In this document: positions 46,001 to 52,136 of the stretch, piece by piece
Layout of the letters: every line of letters begins with the position of its first letter
Numbering within the stretch: the first letter of the stretch is position 1
NCBI GenBank assembly: GCA_024401475.1
Contig: JAKSKZ010000013.1
Span: forward strand, 6,284-70,283
From: Paludibacteraceae bacterium
Lineage (GTDB): Bacteria > Bacteroidota > Bacteroidia > Bacteroidales > Paludibacteraceae
Length of the DNA stretch: 64,000 bases
Direction: 5' to 3'
Notes under the pieces: model-generated
The model's input: the letters and a program-made list of their open reading frames with translations, nothing else
Database searches by the model: none
What the model was told of the DNA's origin: nothing
Translations under genes and position numbers: made by a program

Positions 46001-49000
46001 CTATTTGTTAGGATCATACTCTGTTCCACAATTCGGACAAACACGATGCCCATCACTTCGCATCTGCATAGAATTTCCACACTTATAGCAAAAATACTCA
46101 TGCTTCTCCCAATGTCCTAAATCGTGTTCTACAAACGTTCTGAGTCTGTCTGAAAGAAACCCTCCAGTCATATGTAGATGGCTTATTCGCAGTCTAAAGT
46201 TTTCTGTTGAACAACAAGCTCCGCATTCGGGACAAATATACTGTCCATTTGGACATTGCTTTGAGTCGCGGCTATCTATAGTCGCATTACACTTTTGCTT
46301 ATTGAAACAGTGGTTGAGATATACGATAAATCCCTTCTTTTTACAATTGTCATTGGTGCAGGAAAATTCCGTAACAGCCCTTGACGTGAAATTTGTTATA
46401 TCTGAAGGCTTCATCAGTTTACCGCATTCACGACATTTTAGATGCTCGTAAAACTTGGCAAAACTCTTCAAATAGGATGAAAGAATGATGTAATGGCCGA
46501 ATTTTGTTCGTTTCCCATTTTTATTTATGTAGTCGGGGGATATTCCCAAAATACGCATAAAATCAAGAATAGTGTAATACTCCCATTCATCATCAGTACG
46601 ATACCTTACAGGCGGACGGAAGCAAGGCTTGTTGCCGCACCAATAAAAAGCAAGATCATGATAATTGCCCACTTTATCTGAAAGACGACATTCGCAGAAT
46701 TCTTCCTGATCTTCTCCTTTGGTTTCAAATCCGACAAAATTGTTCAGACCTTTATATTTAAAATTGAACGGTCTTGCTATTGCAAAAAGTTCTGCCTCGT
46801 AAGCTTCGTCAAAATAAAAGGAAACTCCATTTTGTTCATTTACAATTTGGTATTCATTCTCCTTGTATGTTATTTGTATCTGCTGGATGGCACGGGCATA
46901 ATACTTATTATTATAATCTTTTATATTGCCATATTCATCAATCATCTTCTGAGGGATGAAAACTCTTAGTCTGCCATCTTGTATCTTACTGATTATGCCA
47001 TTGAAATAGCTGTTACGTTTCCAATTGCTTCTATCGTCAGGGAGTTCATTTACCACCCATCTGCCAGAACATTGAGTAACAATACTTCTAATGCCAATCC
47101 ACTCGTCCGTATCTTCTCTACCTTCAAGCAACTGAAGCATAACATTGTTATCCAGAGTCTTTGATTGGTCCTTCTCACGCAATTTCAAATATGTAAAAGC
47201 AATTTCCAGAGGGAAGCATATCGGCCTCTCTCCATTGGAAATGAGATTATAAAAGGATTCTGCCGTGTGATGGATTTTTCCCTCACTCATAGACTTAAAA
47301 AGTTTCTTGACGATCTTTATCTGTAGGTACGGTGGCAGGATTGCAAAGACTTCTTTCAAAGAAGCCGTCGATGTTGTGGTCTTAGAAAGAACTGCCCACC
47401 ATATCACGGCAAGTCTTTGATTAATATTATTTGTTTTCTTGAAGTTCTGTATTTGGCTCGTAAAACTTGTTTCCCAATTTCGCAGTGTATAGAAATCACT
47501 ATCGCCACCTGGCATGTTGGCTGTCATAAGTTCGGTCAAGAGAACAGCAAGTGCAACATTTTCGTCGGTCATTTCCATTGATTGTAATCTCTGCGCAATC
47601 AGCGGGAATAAATTAACCTCTGTCGTTTCCAGAACCTTTGCATGTGTTCTGTTTTTGAGCGAAGGTTTATCATACCATCGCTCCTTTTCTGCATACACTC
47701 CATTAAGGGAAATTGCGTTGATGATAATCTCTACAATATTCTCTGGCAACGACGTGACAACATCATGTTCAAATAGAATCAGAAGGTCTTCTACCGACCT
47801 GCTGTTGATGTAGTCATCCCATACTGAAGAGCACTGGCCATCTGGAATCAACTTCTTCAAATCTTTGAGAAAAGTACAATTCTCCCGTTCAGGATAGCGA
47901 GAATAATACTTTTTTTCTCTCTCTTCCAATGGCTTACCGTCAAAGAAATGGCTAAGTGGGGTTGTTTCTACCACCTCTTTTGCCCTCGCAATGACAATAT
48001 TAGCAAATTCGATGCTATGATCAAACAATTCAGAAGCGTCTTTGACAAATTTCTTTATGTCCGCATACCCCCATTGTGAAACAATTTGCTCCGACAAGGC
48101 TAATGTTTCATCTATTGTAAGCCATGAATGAAAACCAGTTGATACCTCAGAAAGCACACCTATGGACTGTGTTTCTCTCAATATGGGGATAAGTCCTTGT
48201 TTAATTTCCACTTTCTCTGCTTTTTCATAGATTGAGCTATAATGCTCGTATGCTGAGAAGAAGTCGGACTTTATTCTGTAGGGAGAATTTAGGTTGGTGC
48301 GCAACAACTCTTTTAGTTTATCCTTTATCAATGGAAGCAATTTCTGCCTGAAAGGATTTAGAAAATCTTCACCCATAACCGAAAGTTGCCCGATATCGCC
48401 AATCACTTGCCAATACTTCTTCTCCTCGATAGCTTTATCAAGGATTTGTGAGATTGACAATGCCAATTCTTCTCTAAAGGACTGGAAATCTTCTACGGAC
48501 AGGTTGTTGAGATAGGTGAAGAAATCGTTTCTTCTGTAGTCATTATGCTGTTTCCCAACAAATGCCGTCAATTCTTTCTTGAAACGATTTGTCTTCACCA
48601 AAGTCAAACACTTAGCTTTTTCCTCTTCATACTGCTTGGAGGTCAAGCGGAGGTACGACCACAGTTTGCTTACAGCATTCTGCTTATCGCGGTCAACATA
48701 CATCCCCGTCCTCCTTCTGTGTTCACTCGAAGCTTTTAGGTCATCTTCAAATATATCCGAACGTGTGGACAATTCTTCAAACACCTCGTTAATTTTGCCA
48801 TCCACCATTGTCTCGATGCATTGTTTGGCATACTTCACACATTCGTTGGGGATATACTCAAATGATTTCTCAACATCTTGCCAATCAGAGAGTGTACTGT
48901 TGGCATTGAGTTTCTGTTCCAGCCATTTCTGTACAAGGTCTGCATCGTCGAAATATCTAACAATGGTTGGATATATTATCAATACAGCCAGCCGTTCTTC

Positions 49001-49546
49001 ATCAGTAAAGATAGAGAGAAGTGACTGCCAGATGGACTTATCTTCTGTTGAGAACTGTCGGTCAAAGATATATCGATCTTTGGAGTATTCGTTCTGTTTG
49101 TAATGGTCTACAAAGAACTTAAAGTGTTCAGACGTTTTTTCTGGGGTACGCTCTGCATCCTCCTCAATTATACGTTTCACCTTATCTGCAACCATACCTA
49201 AAGGTTTGAAGGTATGCGTATAGAGATTCATTTTTCGATTGTCTTTATACTCAATATACTCATGGTCTCCGTAATAAGACAATGCTAGCTGTGCATCCTC
49301 ATCTGACTTGGTAATGCGTCTGACATTCACTGCTCGTTTCTTGCCGTTGTCCTGCTTGTCCACCTGAAAAACAACAATCTGCCCTTCTTTCTTTGCTTCA
49401 TCCTCAATGAAACTCGCAGAACAAACATAAAAGTCTTGGTTGTATTTAGGTGACGGCATATTACAATTGTTAGACGCAATGAAGCCGAAGTCCTTGTTTG
49501 TGTCTAAGAACTTCACCGCACCTATAAAGTATTTGTCTGTAAACAT
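46001..49546 (-). CDS. large uncharacterised protein: N-terminal cold-shock-like OB domain, long helical middle, C-terminal cluster of zinc ribbons
   Basis: The 1181-aa ORF is the longest in the window. The N terminus GAVKFLDTNKDFGFIASN...IVVFQVDKQDNGKKRAVNV resembles the CspA-type GxVKWFNxxKGFGFI fold. About 900 aa follow without Walker or nuclease motifs. The last roughly 250 aa hold at least four Cys clusters, including CRECGK...CTNDNC, CPNGQYICPECGACC and CYKCGNSMQMRSDGHRVCPNCG. Confidence 0.8.
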   Translation of the reverse strand: MFTDKYFIGAVKFLDTNKDFGFIASNNCNMPSPKYNQDFYVCSASFIEDEAKKEGQIVVFQVDKQDNGKKRAVNVRRITKSDEDAQLALSYYGDHEYIEYKDNRKMNLYTHTFKPLGMVADKVKRIIEEDAERTPEKTSEHFKFFVDHYKQNEYSKDRYIFDRQFSTEDKSIWQSLLSIFTDEERLAVLIIYPTIVRYFDDADLVQKWLEQKLNANSTLSDWQDVEKSFEYIPNECVKYAKQCIETMVDGKINEVFEELSTRSDIFEDDLKASSEHRRRTGMYVDRDKQNAVSKLWSYLRLTSKQYEEEKAKCLTLVKTNRFKKELTAFVGKQHNDYRRNDFFTYLNNLSVEDFQSFREELALSISQILDKAIEEKKYWQVIGDIGQLSVMGEDFLNPFRQKLLPLIKDKLKELLRTNLNSPYRIKSDFFSAYEHYSSIYEKAEKVEIKQGLIPILRETQSIGVLSEVSTGFHSWLTIDETLALSEQIVSQWGYADIKKFVKDASELFDHSIEFANIVIARAKEVVETTPLSHFFDGKPLEEREKKYYSRYPERENCTFLKDLKKLIPDGQCSSVWDDYINSRSVEDLLILFEHDVVTSLPENIVEIIINAISLNGVYAEKERWYDKPSLKNRTHAKVLETTEVNLFPLIAQRLQSMEMTDENVALAVLLTELMTANMPGGDSDFYTLRNWETSFTSQIQNFKKTNNINQRLAVIWWAVLSKTTTSTASLKEVFAILPPYLQIKIVKKLFKSMSEGKIHHTAESFYNLISNGERPICFPLEIAFTYLKLREKDQSKTLDNNVMLQLLEGREDTDEWIGIRSIVTQCSGRWVVNELPDDRSNWKRNSYFNGIISKIQDGRLRVFIPQKMIDEYGNIKDYNNKYYARAIQQIQITYKENEYQIVNEQNGVSFYFDEAYEAELFAIARPFNFKYKGLNNFVGFETKGEDQEEFCECRLSDKVGNYHDLAFYWCGNKPCFRPPVRYRTDDEWEYYTILDFMRILGISPDYINKNGKRTKFGHYIILSSYLKSFAKFYEHLKCRECGKLMKPSDITNFTSRAVTEFSCTNDNCKKKGFIVYLNHCFNKQKCNATIDSRDSKQCPNGQYICPECGACCSTENFRLRISHLHMTGGFLSDRLRTFVEHDLGHWEKHEYFCYKCGNSMQMRSDGHRVCPNCGTEYDPNK

Positions 49547-49568
49547 CTATTTTATTAATTTCATATTA

Positions 49569-49576
49569 CAAATATA
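49569..49576 (-). promoter_or_regulatory. candidate -7 promoter box (TAnnTTTG) for the 1181-aa gene
   Basis: Plus-strand caaatata is tatatttg on the minus strand. It lies 23 nt upstream of the ATG at 49546 and downstream of the hairpin terminator at 49592-49620. Confidence 0.4.
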
Positions 49577-49591
49577 GCCTAAAAACGCTAT

Positions 49592-49620
49592 AAAACAATA
49601 AAATCAGCCCGAAGGCTGAT
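49592..49620 (-). terminator. hairpin terminator between the IS66 remnant and the 1181-aa gene
   Basis: Stem atcagcc (49603-49609), loop cgaa, stem ggctgat (49614-49620). On the minus strand it is followed by tttattgtttta. Confidence 0.5.
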
Positions 49621-49631
49621 TCTAAACCATT

Positions 49632-49823
49632 CTAAATCTCATTGATTCTGTCTGGCAGTTTGACCTTGTCACGCTTCTTCGACATGGTTATGAACACGTC
49701 GCCGTTGTAGGGGTCACGACCGAGCATCTCCCGTATGGTGTTGCAGAGGCGGAAGTGTCCGAGGCGCATGTCGGTGATGCCCTCCACGTAAAAGTACCTG
49801 TAGTCCGGATTGAGGTTCAGCAT
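49632..49823 (-). pseudogene. truncated IS66 Orf2 (TnpB accessory protein)
   Basis: YFYVEGITDMRLGHFRLCNTIREMLGRDPYNGDVFITMSKKRDKVKL fits the IS66 Orf2 consensus (..TDMRKGFDGL....DP.SG.LF.F.N.RRD..K.L). The expected WD..GF..KRLE continuation is replaced by PDRINEI-stop. Confidence 0.7.
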
Positions 49824-50134
49824 AGCACGGCGATTTTTTCAACCAGGCTTTTCAGTTCGTTCAGGCTGATGGACTCGTGCCTTAGATTCAAACCGTTCGG
49901 TAGTACAAGGTCTGCCTTGACTGAAATTTCAGTTTGTGCTGGTATTGTTGTTTGTTCCTGCTCGACGACTTCAACTGGAACCAGTTTGGGTTTTGTCTGC
50001 ACCGTAAGCCATTCGACATATTCCGCTATCGGAACACCCGACTGTTTGCAGATTTTGGAGATGGTCACTCCATCCTTGCCTTTGTTTGCCTCATACATGT
50101 CACGTATCTGGCACATTTTCTTTTCGCTTGCCAT
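49817..50134 (-). CDS. IS66-family orf1-like HTH accessory protein
   Basis: The plausible start is the ATG at 50132-50134 (MASEKKMCQIRDMYEANKGKDGVTISKICKQSGVPIAEYVEWL). The track's upstream extension runs into the LRR remnant and is not credible. Confidence 0.5.
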   Translation of the reverse strand: MASEKKMCQIRDMYEANKGKDGVTISKICKQSGVPIAEYVEWLTVQTKPKLVPVEVVEQEQTTIPAQTEISVKADLVLPNGLNLRHESISLNELKSLVEKIAVLC

Positions 50135-50231
50135 ATTTTCTAAATTTTTGTGTTCGCGACAAAGATAAGGGCAAAGGCAAGTTTTGTATTGGATGCTTAC
50201 GTCTATCCTATGCGCAAAAAGATTGACGGTC

Positions 50232-50355
50232 TTATGCCCCTTGTCCCTTATATACAAGGCAAAATACACCCAACAAGATTGCCAAAATTAGTGCAATCCC
50301 TAAGACAAAGAAAAGTATAGATTTGCCCCATGGAAAGAGAATGTGTAAGATGCAT
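50232..50355 (-). pseudogene. remnant of the 3' end of a BspA-type LRR gene paralog
   Basis: The minus-strand reading ...ILFPWGKSILFFVLGIALILAILLGVFCLVYKGQGA-stop parallels the C terminus of 39070..40485 (FFPWGKSILFFFLGLALILAILLGIFCMIYKGHGA). Nothing of the LRR body remains. Confidence 0.7.
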
Positions 50356-50368
50356 ATATACACAAACA

Positions 50369-51265
50369 TAAACAAAAAAGGCTGAATTTCAAACTAAATC
50401 CAGCCTAAATGATCTGTGATGTTGAAGGTTACTTCAAACTTTCCTTAATTGTGTTCACCAAGAAATCCTTTTCCATCTCTGTAGCGACATGGATGAGTTT
50501 ACCCTCAGCCGCCTCTTCAATGTGACCGATGTTGTTGGCCGTGAGTTTGTAATCCTTGATGGAGAACTTGCTCTTATTGTAGTAGTAAAGCACTGGTAGG
50601 CAGTCGTGAATAACGCAGCCTGTCGCGTCTTTTGTGTATTTCACGTTAGATGCGTAGTTTTGAAGAAGGATGCTCTTCATTTCTGGGTATTTGCTAAAAT
50701 CCATGCTGTCAATCTCTGTCTTGGCAATGCTTGCATATACCTCCGTAATGTCGAGAGGGAAAATGGTGATGTCGAGAGCCGAAGATAGAACGGTTTGAAC
50801 AGCTGGACCATCACCTGCGAAGTTGTACTCTGTTTGACCCTCTTTGTTGAAGTGCGTGATACCACCTCCCATGATATAGACATTCTTGATGTGAGACACC
50901 GTTTCCGGATATTTTGTGATCAAATTAGCAAGAGTTGACAACGGACCCACTGCGATATATGTCACGCTATCCTTTTGGTTGATTTCTGACGCAAGATAAG
51001 CCAAATCCTTATTAGTTGCAATCATACTATCCGTCACTCCATATTTAATTGCCATAGAGTCTGCAATGCCAGCCAAACCGTCTGTTCCGTGGAAATCGCC
51101 ACAAGTAACTTCATGCCCATCGGAAGGTTCTCCGATGCCTTGGCACAAAACACTGTTCATGTTCAAATATTTCGCCATGATGTTCATGTTACGAGTCGTA
51201 TATTTGAAAGGCATATTTCCGAATGTAGAAATCATATACTCAGGCTCTCCGATAGTCTTTGCGAA
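50369..51265. repeat. right copy of the 897-bp direct duplication (partner 40517..41413)
   Basis: See the left copy. The antisense track ORFs at 50606..50788 and 50677..50883 are identical in sequence to 40754..40936 and 40825..41031. Confidence 0.85.
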
Positions 51266-51442
51266 CATCAAGATGGCACAAGCGTCATCTGTTCCTGGAT
51301 CACAATCAAAAACGGTAGCAGTTGCTTTTTGAACCGTTTCTGGCTTAACAACATTATTAGATTGTTCAGAATTTCCTTTAGAGCCACAAGAAGAGAGGGC
51401 TACACAAAGGGATGATAGAATGACAAATGCTTTTTTTCTCAT
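50429..51442 (-). CDS. inosine-uridine-preferring nucleoside hydrolase family lipoprotein (intact copy)
   Basis: 337 aa. It has a lipoprotein signal (MRKKAFVILSSLCVALSSC) and the N-terminal aspartate cluster VFDCDPGTDDACAI (DxDxxxDD). Confidence 0.88.
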   Translation of the reverse strand: MRKKAFVILSSLCVALSSCGSKGNSEQSNNVVKPETVQKATATVFDCDPGTDDACAILMFAKTIGEPEYMISTFGNMPFKYTTRNMNIMAKYLNMNSVLCQGIGEPSDGHEVTCGDFHGTDGLAGIADSMAIKYGVTDSMIATNKDLAYLASEINQKDSVTYIAVGPLSTLANLITKYPETVSHIKNVYIMGGGITHFNKEGQTEYNFAGDGPAVQTVLSSALDITIFPLDITEVYASIAKTEIDSMDFSKYPEMKSILLQNYASNVKYTKDATGCVIHDCLPVLYYYNKSKFSIKDYKLTANNIGHIEEAAEGKLIHVATEMEKDFLVNTIKESLK

Positions 51443-51489
51443 TTCGAGTTGATTTTGATTTGTTATATATATGTGTTGTTTATTGATTC

Positions 51490-52068
51490 TTAAAAATTTA
51501 CAGTACGAACAGGTGCTGCAAACGAGCTGAAATCAGCCTTCGCGTTTGTCAAGAAATAGACGGCTGTATTGTCGTCGTTTTCATTATACATGGAACGAAG
51601 ATTGGGATATTCATCCAACATGGATTTCTTTGCCTCGATGCGATTGTCCTCCACCAATGTGGCTTCCACTCTCACCCACTCTTTACCGTTGAAGGCACAG
51701 ATTTCCACTTTAGGATTTGCAGCAATTTGCTTTGCCACATTCTTCTTATGACCTGTTTGGATATAGAGTTTTCCTTCAAAAATATTGACCGTGCCAAAAG
51801 GTCTAACGCGAGGTTGGTCTCCATCCATTGTGGCGATATAGTAGGTTTGGCAAGCCTTTAAAAAATCATATACTTCTCTCATTTCTGCTGGATTTTGTGA
51901 TTTATAAGTGGTTGGATCTAAGGAAACAACCGCTTCCGTTTCTAATTTTTCTTGTTGAGCCGAACATGCTTGGGGACATTGAGTTGGACAGTTGGCTTTG
52001 TCGCATTTTGAACAACAACTTGCCATGCAAGCGGAAAACAATAGTGCTGAAATAAAAATATTTTTCAT
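51490..52068 (-). CDS. pyridoxamine 5'-phosphate oxidase-like (split-barrel flavin-binding) family lipoprotein with Cys-rich linker
   Basis: The start is refined to the ATG at 52066-52068 (MKNIFISALLFSAC). A Cys-rich stretch MASCCSKCDKANCPTQCPQACS follows. The PNPOx-like core reads YYIATMDGDQPRVRPFG...GKLYIQTGHKKNVAKQIAANPKVEI. Confidence 0.75.
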   Translation of the reverse strand: MKNIFISALLFSACMASCCSKCDKANCPTQCPQACSAQQEKLETEAVVSLDPTTYKSQNPAEMREVYDFLKACQTYYIATMDGDQPRVRPFGTVNIFEGKLYIQTGHKKNVAKQIAANPKVEICAFNGKEWVRVEATLVEDNRIEAKKSMLDEYPNLRSMYNENDDNTAVYFLTNAKADFSSFAAPVRTVNF

Positions 52069-52084
52069 GCGATTAATTATGTAA

Positions 52085-52120
52085 TAAAAAACCGAGTAGT
52101 CGACGACCACTCGGTTTTTT
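52085..52120. terminator. bidirectional terminator after the Ca-ATPase gene
   Basis: aaccgagt (52090-52097) pairs with actcggtt (52109-52116), flanked by an A-run and a T-run. It lies about 20 nt downstream of the ATPase stop at 52137. Confidence 0.65.
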
Positions 52121-52136
52121 GAATTATTGGTTTGGA

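Larger units (their letters stand above)
49632..50134 (-). mobile_element. IS66-family remnant (orf1 plus 5' half of orf2; no transposase gene, no ends seen)
   Basis: Two overlapping minus-strand ORFs are arranged in the IS66 way, with the orf2 ATG at 49821-49823 overlapping the orf1 stop. The orf2 product matches the IS66 TnpB pattern only for about 55 aa, and then unrelated sequence begins. Confidence 0.65.

Noticed and set aside
49817-50269. The full 150-aa track ORF taken as the IS66 orf1 product.
   Set aside because: The first 45 codons run through the LRR-gene remnant and its junction. The credible start is the internal ATG at 50132-50134.
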